A stretch of DNA of 45,581 nucleotides from Chiloscyllium plagiosum (taxonomy: Eukaryota): contig NW_025214536.1 in assembly GCF_004010195.1 (NCBI RefSeq), forward strand, positions 1 to 45,581. Direction: 5' to 3'. Under the pieces are notes generated by a model. That model searched no databases and was not told where the DNA came from. It saw only the letters and a program-made list of their open reading frames with translations. Shown piece after piece: positions 1 to 10,525 of the stretch (positions within the stretch are counted from its first letter, which is position 1; every line of letters starts with the position of its first letter). Both the position numbers and the translations under genes were made by a program.

Positions 1-150
1 TAACTAATAATGCAACACCACCTTCTCTTTTACTCCATTCCTGTGCTGCCTATAGTTCTTGTATCACAGAATATTGAGTTGTCACCCCTGACCCCCCTCA
101 AACACATCTTAGCGATGGCAAAAATGTCCACTTCTCCATGTCACCTCGTC
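1..150 (-). mobile_element. CR1 LINE ORF2 endonuclease-region fragment, decayed
   Basis: Minus strand reads QLNIL*Y...GGVALLV, matching the CR1 APE-endonuclease segment WQLNIPGY...GGGVALL. Has stops and a frameshift. Confidence 0.7.
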
Positions 151-463
151 CCCTTTTCACATCAGTCGGTCCGATAATATTCCCTGCATTACGGTAAAGG
201 ACATCCAGTCTGGAATATAGCATCTGGAATATTCTGTACCTCAGAGTTGTTCAGTCATTTACTGTTTGTTATCAAGCTGCTTTTCCACGAACTAAAACTG
301 TAACTCTGGGACTGAATGAATAATTGTTGAGTTGTAATTTCTTTTTTAATTAATGTATTAATCAAATGCAACGTTCCAGAATTGAACAGTCAGCTTCACA
401 TACAATGAATTCCTGCTGATTAATTCCCTGCTCAGTGTGCAGAGGGGTCTGCCCTCAGTAATG

Positions 464-590
464 GAGAAAGTGAGGACTGCGGATGCTGGTGATCAGAGTC
501 GAAAAGTGTGGTGCTGGTAGATCACAACGGGTCAGGCAACATCTGAGGAGTGGGAGAGTGAATGCTATGGGCATAAGCCCTTCATCAGGA
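464..590 (-). mobile_element. Penelope-like element terminal-repeat fragment with degenerate hammerhead motif
   Basis: Similar to 6607-6733 and to the reverse complement of 9750-9830. Minus strand has CTGATGA-AGGGC-TTAT-GCCC with the GAAAC part decayed. Confidence 0.7.
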
Positions 591-754
591 AGACATTGGT
601 GTATTCACATTTTTTTTTTTCCATTGCATGATTCACAGGGTATTTGGAACGGTGTTTGCTCAGCAAGGCCGCACTGTATATAGCCCTGAAATGGAAAGCA
701 GTCAGTCAGTTGGTTGGACAGGGAGTAGACAAAGTTAGGTGAAGTGCAGACTAG

Positions 755-1056
755 GATTAGATTAGATTACAGTGTAGAAACAGGCCCTTCGGCCCAACAA
801 GTCCACACCGACCCGCAACCCACCCATACCCCTACATTTACCCTTTACCTAACACTACGGGCAATTTAGCCTGGCCAATTCACCTAACCTGCACATCTTT
901 GGATTGTGGGAGGAAACCGGAGCACCTGGAGGAAACCCACGCAGACACGGGGAGAACGTGCAAACTCCACACAGTCAGTCGCCTGAGGCGGGAATTGAAC
1001 CCAGGTCTATAGCGCTGTGAGGCAACAGTGCTAACCACTGTGCGACCGTGCTGCCC
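755..1056 (-). mobile_element. tRNA-derived SINE (HE1/V-SINE type), near full length
   Basis: Minus strand starts GGGCAGCACGGTCGCACAGTGGTTAGCACTG (A box), then GGTTCAATTCCC (B box), V-domain TTTGCACGTTCTCCCCGTGTCTGCGTGGGTTTCC, a CR1-like tail GGGCCGAAGGGCCTG and a (TCTAA)n end. Confidence 0.9.
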
Positions 1057-1057
1057 A

Positions 1058-2370
1058 CAAAGGATTTTGAGAGACAGAATTTATGATTACTTGGAAAATC
1101 ATTGTTTGATTAGAGATAGTCAGCATGGCTTTTTGAGGGGCAAGTCATGCCTCACACAACTTATTCAATTCTTTCAGGATGGGATCAAACACATTGGAAT
1201 TGGTTCATATGGAGTTTAGCAAGGTGGTTGATAAGTTACCCTAAGGTCGGCTCATTCAGAAAATAAGGAGGCATGGGATACAGGGAACCATGGAAACCTG
1301 TCTGTGCGGATACATAATTGCCTGGCCAGTTGAAGACTGAGGGTGGTAGAACATGGAAAGTATTCAGCCTGGAGCTCGGTGACCAGTGGCTCTCTGCAGG
1401 AATCGATTCTGGGACTGCTGTTCTTTGTGAATTATTTAAATGACATGGATGATGAAGTGAAAGGGTGCTTTAGTAAGTTTTACGATGTAACAAAGATTGT
1501 TGGAGTTATGCATAGTGTGGAGGGCTGTCGTGAGTTGTAATTGGACATGGATAGGATCCATAACTGGGCTGGTACATGACAGATGGAATTCAACCTGGAT
1601 AAGTGTGAAGTTATTCATTTTGGAAGATCGAATCTGAATGCAGAATGCAGGGTTAAAGTCAGGATTATTGACAGTGTGGAGGACCATAGGGAGCGTGTGG
1701 TCCATGTCATAGGACGCTCAGAGTTGTCACCCACGTTGATAAGGTTATTAAGATGTATGGTGTTTTCATTAGCCTGGGATTGAGTTTAAGAGCCCCAAGT
1801 TTATGTTGTTGCGCCAAAAAGATCTGGTGTGACTACACTTAGAATATTGTGTTCAGTTCTAGTTGCCTTGTTACTGGAAAGATGTTGAGGCTTTGGAGAG
1901 GGTGCCGAGGAGATTTACCAAGATGCTGCCTAGACCTGAGGGGATGTCTTACAAAGTAAAGTTGAGGGAGCTAGGGCTTTTCTCCTTGGAACAATGAAGA
2001 ATGGGATGTGACTCGATAGAGGTGTGCAAGATGATGAGAGGCATAAATAGAATTTGTAGCCGGATCCTTTCTCTCAGGGTAGAAATGGTTATCTCGAGCG
2101 GGCATAATTAAAGGTGGTTGGAAGAAGGTTTGTGGAGATGTCTGAGGTAGGTTCTTTACTTAGAGAGTGGTGGGTGCAAGGAATTTACTGCCAGCAGCGG
2201 TAGTAGAGTCAACTGCATTAGGGATATTTAAGTGACTATTGGATGGGCGCAGGAATGATAGTACAATGAAGGGTATGTCAGTTAGTCTGATCTCCGAGTA
2301 GGATAAAAGGTCAGCAGGACGTCAAGGGTTTAAGGGTTTGAAATGTGCTGTAATGTTCTGTGTTTTATAT
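1058..2370 (+). mobile_element. CR1 LINE, 5'-truncated, decayed reverse transcriptase and 3' UTR
   Basis: Peptides LIRDSQHGFLRGKSCLT, WSSVTSGSLQESILG and MEFNLDKCEVIHFGRSN in shifting frames; 3' tail TGTGCTGTAATGTTCTGTG. Confidence 0.92.
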
Positions 2371-3429
2371 TTCACCCAGCCTGTGGATTCTTATCAATTG
2401 TTGAACATGTGAGGGAGTGATGTGTGTGAGAAGCTGGGGAGGGGCGTTAGCCCGAAACCTCCAGTTATGTTATTCATTGTTACATGCCATTACAGTATGT
2501 GTGGTGTTCTACACCAGGCAGGCTCCGCCAAGTTCAGTTATCAACGTGATTCTTGACTTGTCATTTGCTGCTGTTTTCTTTGGATACAATCTGTTGGGTG
2601 ACCCATGTATTAATCAGATGTCTTCTAAGTTGCGCGAATTGGGCAAAAATAAGACTTCAACGTTGATTATTCGTTTGAACTATAATCTCTGAAAAGAATT
2701 AGGTTGCTTCTATATTTACGGAACTAAAATATAAACTCCTGTCAAGATTTCCTAACTCAGAAAATAAAGAATGTACATTTTATTTTGTATCGAACAAACA
2801 ACATGGATGTAACTCTTTTGGCGATCAGAATTACACACACAATGTCAGGATTCAAAATAATGCATTGTCACTCCAATATTTTGTAAGTGGTTGGCTTCTG
2901 AATGATTTCATGTTCAGGGTGAGCAAACGATTGAACAATCAAATAGAATTAGCGTCCTTATACATTTATAGATAATCAATCAGTTTAATTTCTCACTGAA
3001 ATGTACAAGCTTCAGCTATTTGCCAGCGAATTAGAAATGGCTATAATTCAGCATGCACTGTGAATATTAAAGTTAATAAATGATTTGTGCTATCAAATTT
3101 TAGTGAACAATAATTTGAAAACTTCAAATTTTTCGAAAGAATGTTATTTAATTTGAATTGCAGACAGTGAACAAAAGAGATGAACATATTATCGTGTGAG
3201 TGAAAAGTCAAACCGTTTCAAAGAGATTTGTGCCAAAGCAATGACAGATTTGTTTTCATAATTGGAATACAAATTTTAAAATATTCATGTTCTGAGTAAT
3301 AATTAGACAAAAAATGAAGCTGGCCTTGCAATACTTGCATTTTAAATGCTTATGCTGCACTAAGTAATCAGATATTCGCGAGCATTTTCAATGGGAAATA
3401 ATCGAATAATGACTTCTATTTACATCAGA

Positions 3430-3835
3430 CACATGATAGAGTGCAAAACTTTAAAGTACAGGAGGAGGCCATTGGCCACTGTATATACATCAGCTCCAGG
3501 AATGTGTCCCAATCCCCTCCCATTTGCCAGCCCTATCTCTTCAGCCTGTTAAATTCATAGTTCCAAATACATATTATCCAGTTCTCTTTTTAATCTTCAT
3601 CCACAACTCTCCCAGGCAGTCCATTCCAAATCCTAACAACTCCCTCAATAAAGAAGTTTTTTTCTTTATCTCACTCCTGGCTCTTTTGCAGACAATCTTG
3701 GAATTAGAACTCCTTGATGCTGTAATGCCAACTAACGGAAACAAAGTATTCCTGTTTTACTCTACAACTTTTTTCCATACTTTTGAGCACTGCAATAAGT
3801 TCACATATTTGTCTGTTCTCCTCCAGGAAGAATAA
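3430..3835 (-). mobile_element. CR1 3'-end fragment, old
   Basis: ACAGGAGGAGGCCATT tail hairpin region and CCATTCCAAATCCTAACAACTC resemble the reverse complement of CR1 3' ends elsewhere in the window. Confidence 0.6.
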
Positions 3836-4301
3836 GCCCCGCAAGAACTGTAACAAGCACGACGTCGGAAAAACAGGCAGAAAATTAGCCACCTGGATAC
3901 ATGAACAACAATTGGCCAGAAAAAAGACATGACCCACTATCGCTAGCATCCTTACATACAGATGAGGAAGTACACCATTTCGACTGGGTCTGCACATCCA
4001 TCTAGGACAAGCCAAACAGAAACACGCACGAGAATTCCTAGAAGCATAGCATTCCAACCTGAACTCTACCAACAAACACATCGATTTTGATTCTATCTGA
4101 CACTCTCTGTGAAAAAGAACCGGACATAAAATCATCAATACTGGAAATTACATCACTGACTCAAGGAAACATTAAAACATAAATAGCAAGTGGGACAAAA
4201 CACCAGCACTTCACCAGAGGCTCACAGATAATGTTCCCTAGTATAGTGATGAACCATCTGAAAATGAACTCTCTAGCTCAGCAAGCAAACTGACATCCAG
4301 A
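3836..4301 (+). mobile_element. Penelope-like element 3' part: GIY-YIG endonuclease remnant plus terminal repeat
   Basis: Plus frame reads KNCNKHDVGKTGRKLATWIHEQQLARKRHDPLSLASLHTDEEVHHFDW then LGQAKQKHAREFLEA*HS, matching the Penelope YIGxTGR..R..EH endonuclease. A decayed hammerhead-like segment lies at about 4225-4260. Confidence 0.85.
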
Positions 4302-4404
4302 GGAAGCGCAATTTCCCTCACACTCCCTTTAACTAAATCCTTCATTCCAGTTATCATTCCGATTATTTTAATTTTTTTTTATTATTATTCTGCAAAGTAA
4401 TGTG

Positions 4405-4475
4405 GTCTGTCTGTCTCTCTTCTGAATTAGTGTGTGTGTGAGAGAGAGAGAGATTGAGTGTGTGTGAGAGAGAGA
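4405..4475. repeat. Compound (TG)n/(AG)n microsatellite
   Basis: gtgtgtgtgtgagagagagagag...gtgtgtgtgagagagagaa seen directly. Confidence 0.85.
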
Positions 4476-4579
4476 AAACAATCCTCTGTAATCTCTGGAT
4501 TACTCCCCGTGCCATGTGGAAAAGAGGGAAGGATGAGAAAGAAAGTATAACGTAACATGTTGTTAAAAAGCTAGTTCAC

Positions 4580-4710
4580 GGGTGAGGTTTTCAGATTGTT
4601 GGATCATTGGTATCTCTTCCAGGACAGGTGTGGACCTGCACAAAAAAGACAGGTTCTATCTTAACTGGACGAGCACCAACATCCGTGTGGGGAGGTTTGC
4701 TAGTGCAAGT
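4580..4710 (+). mobile_element. CR1 ORF1 SGNH-esterase C-terminal fragment
   Basis: Reads FRLLDHWYLF...DLHKKDRFYLNWTSTNIRVGRFA, matching the CR1 ORF1 motif D.LHLN..G. Confidence 0.7.
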
Positions 4711-4899
4711 CAGACAGATTTGAATAAACCAGGAGAGTGAAAACCAAAGCAGAAGATCAGGAACTGAGCAGAAGGTAGAGGTGAGTTGGAAAACAGGCAC
4801 ATCAAGTCTAATGACCATGCCGAGAGAAGGAATCAAATCAGTCCAAAACGTTTGCAACAAGGAAGCTTGAGGAGGGAATGTGGTACAGGTGTTCAAGAG

Positions 4900-5130
4900 C
4901 CTCAGAGGTATGGAGATGATGAACGGCTAGCAGCTGTTTTCCTTAGTCAACGGATCAAAAACAAAGGCACACACTTTTAAAGTGAAAGGCCGGGGATTGA
5001 GAGAGGATTTCCAAAATGTGTTTCGATATGAGAAGGTGGTATGAATCTGGAATGCGTTATCTAGGAAGGTGATTGAGGCAGGTAACCTCACAAACGTTTT
5101 AAAAGCCTTTGGATGTGCACTTGCTTGCAC
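4900..5130 (+). mobile_element. CR1 ORF2 C-terminal fragment
   Basis: Matches the CR1 ...TRGH.FKV.G.R....F...VV..WNAL region (AAGGTGGTATGAATCTGGAATGCGTTA). Confidence 0.7.
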
Positions 5131-5559
5131 AGACATGATCGGCCTGTTTTTCATTGCATGATTCTTTGCAGTGGCAGCCATGAACAATCTGATATTGCAG
5201 TTGCTGCTTTGTTCCTTTGACTGTACTCAGTAAGTGGCTATATTACAAACCAGCATTATCCCATGCAGCTTCAGCACTTACTCAACCAAAGGTAGCCCAG
5301 CCATCTCTGGGAACATCCAGGCTAATTCAAATGCTCAGTGTAAGCATTGTCCAACAACAGCACTGATATTATTCTAGCTGTTTGCCAACATTATTGTAGC
5401 TACAGCTATATGAACACAGCTTTTCCTCCACTTTAATACAGACCTCTAGCAATTAGGCTGCTATTTCTCTGAAGTATAATAAATTTTTTCCCAGGTATTC
5501 ACGTTGAAACTGATAATCCCCCATAACAAAAGGCCGGCAATCGAGGAATCAGTTAAAGG

Positions 5560-5860
5560 GAATCCTCTTCGAAAATCTTTGAAAAGAATTATATCCTTTC
5601 ATTTTAGTTTAGGGGATCAAAACTGCATACAGTACATCAAATGTGGTCTCAGCAATGCTCTGTACAGATGCAGTAAAGCATTCCTGCACCTAAAAACAGC
5701 ATCATTCCACTTACGTTCCAAATCACTTGCTGCACCTGCAGACTGACTTCATATGATTCATGTCCCAAGAACATGGAAACAGCCTGAATCACGGAGTTCC
5801 GCAATCTCTCTCCATTTAAATTGTTTACCATTGTTTCCTCCTTCATACCAAAATAGACAA
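5560..5860 (-). mobile_element. CR1 fragment, old
   Basis: GATCAAAACTGCATACAGTACATCAAATGTGGTCTCAGCAATGCTCTGTACAG is the reverse complement of the LY.ALVRPHLEYCVQFWSP motif. Confidence 0.7.
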
Positions 5861-6606
5861 CTTACCTCATGTTATTTCTGCTGAAGGTTTGCTCACTAAG
5901 CTTTCCTTCCCGAATCACATTGCAGACTCACTATCTCCATTTGACGACACATTGAATGATCATCTTGGTGTGTGAGCTAATTGAGCTCCAAGTCATTCCC
6001 TCCCCTCTCATTGTAACTGTCCTGTCTGACTGAATGGGGTGGTCCAGAAACCTGTAACAGCATTGAGGGCTGGAAAGAGGGAACAACACATGGGGTAGGG
6101 ACAGCAGTCTATCTCTGTAACAGCCACGAGGGGTCGATTGAGGGAACAACTCATGGGGTAGGGTCAGAAGTTGTTCATTCGGCTGCAACATTCTGAAGGC
6201 TCATGGCCGATTCGATTGTGTCTGACCATCCAATTACTGTCTGTTCCCAATAAACACTGACCCTACTGTCCAGCAAAGATCAGTCGAGCTGAGCCATGTA
6301 AATCTTCAATAACCGAGTCTTTCCTGATCCCTGAGGATGAGGACACCACAGGTGGCACAATATTAAAGTGAAAGGAACGTCCATATTTCATTGTGGGACT
6401 GTTACTTTAAAACAGTGTTAACTGAACAACAAATCACCACCTCTTTCCCGACGTAAGGACACAATAATTAGGAATAAAGATAAACCAAACCTTTTCCACA
6501 TTCCACTGACCCTTTCCAATCAAATATGCATAACACTCAGCCTCTGCTGATGTCTCAGGAAGAGAATGCCTGACAGCATAATTCCACAGGAGCTTAAGGA
6601 AATAAG

Positions 6607-7042
6607 GTAAAAACAATTACTGCAGATGCTGGAAACCAGATTCTGGATTAGTGGTGCAGGAAGAGCACAGCAGTTCAGGCAGCATCCGAGGAGCATTAAA
6701 ATCGACGCTTCTGGCAAAAGCCCTTCATCAGGAATAAAGGCAGAGAGCCTGAAGTGTGGAGAGATAAGCTAGAGAAGGGTGGGGGTGGGGAGAAAGTAGC
6801 ATAGAGTACAATAGGTGAGTGGGGGAGGGGACGAAGGTGATAGGTCGGGGGAGGGGCGTTGGAGTAGATAGATGGAAAAGAAGATAGGCAGGTAGGACAA
6901 GTACCTAGGATTTGCAGTGGGAGAGGAACTCCCTGAGATTCTCGTAGAAAGAGGAGGAAAATTCTTCAAGATAGGCATCCTTGCAAGAGGATTCGCAATA
7001 CGGTTAAAATCAACTAGGTAAAAACAATGACTGCAGATGCTA
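6607..7042 (-). mobile_element. Short non-autonomous Penelope-like/retrozyme-like element with terminal direct repeats, hammerhead motif and 13-bp TSD
   Basis: GTAAAAACAAT(T/G)ACTGCAGATGCT at 6607-6630 and 7018-7041. TTAAGGAAATAAG at 6594-6606 and 7043-7055. Minus strand CTGATGAAGGGCTTTTGCCAGAAGCGTC at about 6704-6731. Confidence 0.8.
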
Positions 7043-7184
7043 TTAAGGAAATAAGCTGATTGAGGCCATTCAGCCAATCGATTCTGAAATTCTGTTCAAT
7101 AATATCTTATATGTTCCTCGACCTCATTTTTATGCCTTTTCCCGAGAATCATTGATACACTTACAAATCAAAAACATATCAATT

Positions 7185-7535
7185 TGTGTCTTAATGACAC
7201 TAGGGTCTGTGTCTCTGCGTTTCTGTATGTGTGTGGGTGTGTGCGCCTGTATGTGTGCATGTGTGTGTTTCTGTTTGTATGTATATATACGAGCGTGTGT
7301 GTGTGCGTGTGCGTGTGTCCATGTGCTTGCTCTCTGTGTGTTCGCGTGTCTACATCTGTCTGTCTGTGTTTCAGTCAGTGTTTCCATCTGTGTTTCTGTC
7401 TATTTGTATGTGATGTGCATATCTCTGTGTGTTTATGCGTGTGTCTATGCCTAACTCCTTGTATGTATTATGTGTGTTCGTATATTAGGGTGTTGAGCAA
7501 CACCGTGTATTTTTGTGTTTGCGTTTCTGTGCAGT
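7185..7535. repeat. Degenerate (TG)n low-complexity tract
   Basis: TG-rich sequence giving C/V-rich spurious ORFs. Confidence 0.85.
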
Positions 7536-8419
7536 GAGGTATCTGTGCTTTTTATTGCAAGAGAAAGGACTGCTGTTGGAACTGCCAGTGGTTTAAAGTG
7601 AGAATTGTCTTTCACTGAACATTGCTCCTTAATCAGTCGGTGGGACATGGATGTTTCAGAATCTCCACAGAGGCGTTCTGGTCCTCTTTGGCTCTTTCAG
7701 AGTCCTCCCCACATGGTGAAAGGAGGGGGGTAGGGAACGGTTATCGGGCACTCCACCACCCGGCTTGGCCCTTTCTGTCCTATTCCAGGCTGTTTCTCCT
7801 GGAATGGGAGGGAGGGAGAGTGGGTGACCCAGCTGTTAGTGCTGGTGTAGGTGCGGGGGGGTTGTGAAGATTCTGGAATGAGTCAGTTGATAGTTTAGAA
7901 TCAATATAGTATTGTTAGTGAGGGGGGTATTGCGTAAGTGACAGAGAAATTGAGGAACAAAGTTACTGAATTCAATAGTGAGAGTGGAAGTTCCTGAGCC
8001 TTATTTGGAGACAGAACGTGAACCTTATTCGGGGGTAGGTGCCATAACAGATGTACAGTGCGTGTGAGGGAGCAAAGAGTATCAGGTGACTCTTATCCTG
8101 ACACAGCGAGGAGGATATTGATGCTTGTCCTGTGTTGTGGAACATTTCTTCAGATCAACACAGCGTCGACGTGAGCCTCCCCGAATGTCTTTTCCAAGTC
8201 TATCATTCATAACGACACAGACCTGTCCCTCGGCTTCCACAGAATCCGGTGAGGTCGAGTTTGCAGATAGCAAGGAGAAGCAAATTGGTGTGTTATATAT
8301 CGAAACCAAAATGGTACTAGAAATTCTTGGCATCATATGTTGGAAATTAGATAGGCAAGTATTGTGGATACTTCAGTTTTATTGGAAGGTCTCAAGTTGA
8401 ATCTAAACTGCATGAACTA

Positions 8420-8600
8420 AGTGATTGCTGAAGCTGTGAAAAATAAATTCTGTCAGTGAACATGAGGTGGTTGAAGAGTATGTTGTGAAGCAAACTAGAG
8501 AACAGGTTATTTCGGAATTGATGTTGTGTGGTCAGAAGGACGATTTATTAATCTTAGTCTGAAGCAGCATTTAAGGAATAGTGACATTAATAAGGTGCAT
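8420..8600 (+). mobile_element. CR1 endonuclease-region fragment, old
   Basis: GAGTATGTTGTGAAGCAAACTAGAGAACAGGTTATT (EYVVKQTREQVI) and TTAAGGAATAGTGACATT (LG.SDH-like). Confidence 0.55.
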
Positions 8601-8739
8601 TTTACACGGTGTCTGCAAACCGTGCGTGAACATTCTGGTCAAACACCAGAATGGAAGACTGGAGGCTAGAGGGTTAAGTTCGCTTCACTGAATTGGGAAA
8701 GTGCAATATAACATTCAGTGGGAGACAAGCAATGGTTGT

Positions 8740-10085
8740 TAGAGTCATAGGGTCCGACAGCACGGAGACAGGCCCTTCGGCCCAAACTGGTCCATTCTGA
8801 CAAAAATGTCCATCCACGCTAAACCCATTTCCCTGCTATTGCCGGTATCTTTCTAATCCTTTCCTGTCCGTGTATTTGTCCAAATGCCTTTTAAATGTTG
8901 TGAATGTACCCACCTCAACCTCTTCCGCTGGCACCTCATTCCATTTGCGTACCAGCCCCTGTGTGTAAAACAGTTGCTCCTCAGATTCCCTTTTATTCTT
9001 TCCTCTCTGACGTTAAACTGTTGCCCTCTAGTCTGTGATTTCCCAAACCTGGGGAAAAAAGATTGAGTGCATTCACTCTGTCCATCTTTGCCATGATTTT
9101 ATACACTTCGACCAGATTCCTCCCTCAGTCTCATACACACAAAAGTTAAGACTCCTAGCTTGTCCAACCTCTCCCTATACCTCAGACCATTGAGTCGTTT
9201 GCAACATCCTCCCTTGATTTGACTTTCTGAAATGAAAAAACTTACGCTGATCTATATTAAAATCCATTTGCCATGTCTCAGCCCATTTCCCCAGCTGATC
9301 AAAATACTGCTGTAATTTCTGAAATTTCAGAGTCACTTCCTCACTCTCCATGATGCCGCCAATTTTAATGCCGTCTTCCAACTTACAAATCATGCCTGTA
9401 CATTTTCATCTAAATCATAGATACATGTAATATGTATTGGTCCCAGTGCCAACACCTGAGGCATTCCACTAGTCACAGGCTTCCAGTCTGATACGAATTC
9501 TTCCAGTATTACTCTCTGCTTCCTACCATCAAGGCAATTTTGTATCGAATTTGCCAGCTCCCCCTCAATTCCATGCGATCTAACGTTCCAGAGCAGCGTA
9601 CAATGTGGAACGTTATTGAAGGCCTTACTGCAATCCATCTAGTCTACGTATAGCACCCGGACCTCCCGGAATGTGCTGATCACTTCATCAAAGAACTCCA
9701 ACAAAATTTGTGAGTCATGATCTCCCATGCACAAACTCCCATGCTGACTTTGATGAAGGGCTTTCGTCCGAAACATCGATTTTCCTGCTCCTCGGATGCT
9801 GCATGACCTGCTCTGCTTTTCCCGCACCATTGCAAGCTTACTCCGAATCACATCCAATCTTTCCAAATGCATGCATTTCCAATCTCTTCCAATCTTCTCA
9901 GGTAACCTACCCTCGAGGTTTTAGGTTTCCTGGTCTTTAATCCCCAGGTTTATCTTTGTAGCCTTTTTTAATATGGGCTCAGCATTCGCTACCCTCCAGT
10001 CGTCCAGGACCTGACTTGTTGGCAAGCGATGATGGAAAAGAGCCAAGCAGGGCTCCCGCAATTTCTTCTCTACCTTCCTATCCTC
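8740..10085 (-). mobile_element. CR1 LINE, decayed, interrupted by a Penelope-like fragment
   Basis: Minus ORFs MDCSKAFNNVPH...WKPVTSGMPQVLALGP and KWAETWQMDFN; 3' hairpin AGGCCCTTCGGCCC at about 8770. Confidence 0.9.
9749..9830 (+). mobile_element. Penelope-like terminal-repeat fragment with hammerhead motif, nested in CR1
   Basis: TTGATGA-AGGGC-TTTC-GTCC-GAAAC-ATC then GATTTTCCTGCTCCTCGGATGCTGC, similar to the reverse complement of 6650-6731. Confidence 0.75.
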
Positions 10086-10329
10086 CTGTGATGTTCCTGA
10101 GTATAACTGGTCAGGATCAGGAGTTTTTTTAGAAATACTGCAAAGTCTGAAAAATATGTCTATTTATTTCAGGTACAAACACCAAAGAGTGAGAAAGTGC
10201 CTCAATTCTGGTTAACATAACAAATTAGAAAATATATTAATCATAGGAAGTGACTTCAGAAGAATTCCAGATATTGTTAAAACCTGAGAATTCTCAGAAA
10301 TTAACGATCCAGGAAAGGAAGGCCATGAA

Positions 10330-10525
10330 ACTGATAAGGAAATCAAAAAGCGAACAAGCATGCTAACAAACAGGAACACAAAGACTGCATCAATCTACGA
10401 TCTATATTTCAAAGGAAGCAAAATAAAAGCAAGGTCAAATGTGGAAATTTGTAAACGGGAGAGGAGACATTATTGTGGAGAACAGGGAAATGGCCCAGAA
10501 AATAACCAGTTACTTTGCTTCTGTT
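10330..10525 (+). mobile_element. Old CR1 ORF2 fragment (left part of a split element)
   Basis: Reads GDIIVENREMAQKITSYFAS, a CR1 inter-domain motif. It resumes with VF at about 12766. Confidence 0.65.

Noticed and set aside
975..1056. tRNA gene
   Set aside because: A and B boxes belong to the SINE head, which continues into the V-domain and LINE tail.
753..1066. AGGATT as TSD of the first SINE
   Set aside because: Only 6 bp, overlaps the (GATTA)n tail and is offset from the SINE 5' end; not convincing.
2400..3430. Host exon or regulatory element in the non-repetitive AT-rich stretch (ORF 2417-2692)
   Set aside because: No recognisable domain or convincing splice structure. It would need RNA-seq or conservation data.
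7130..7537. C/V-rich or H/T-rich small ORFs
   Set aside because: Translations of a (TG)n tract.
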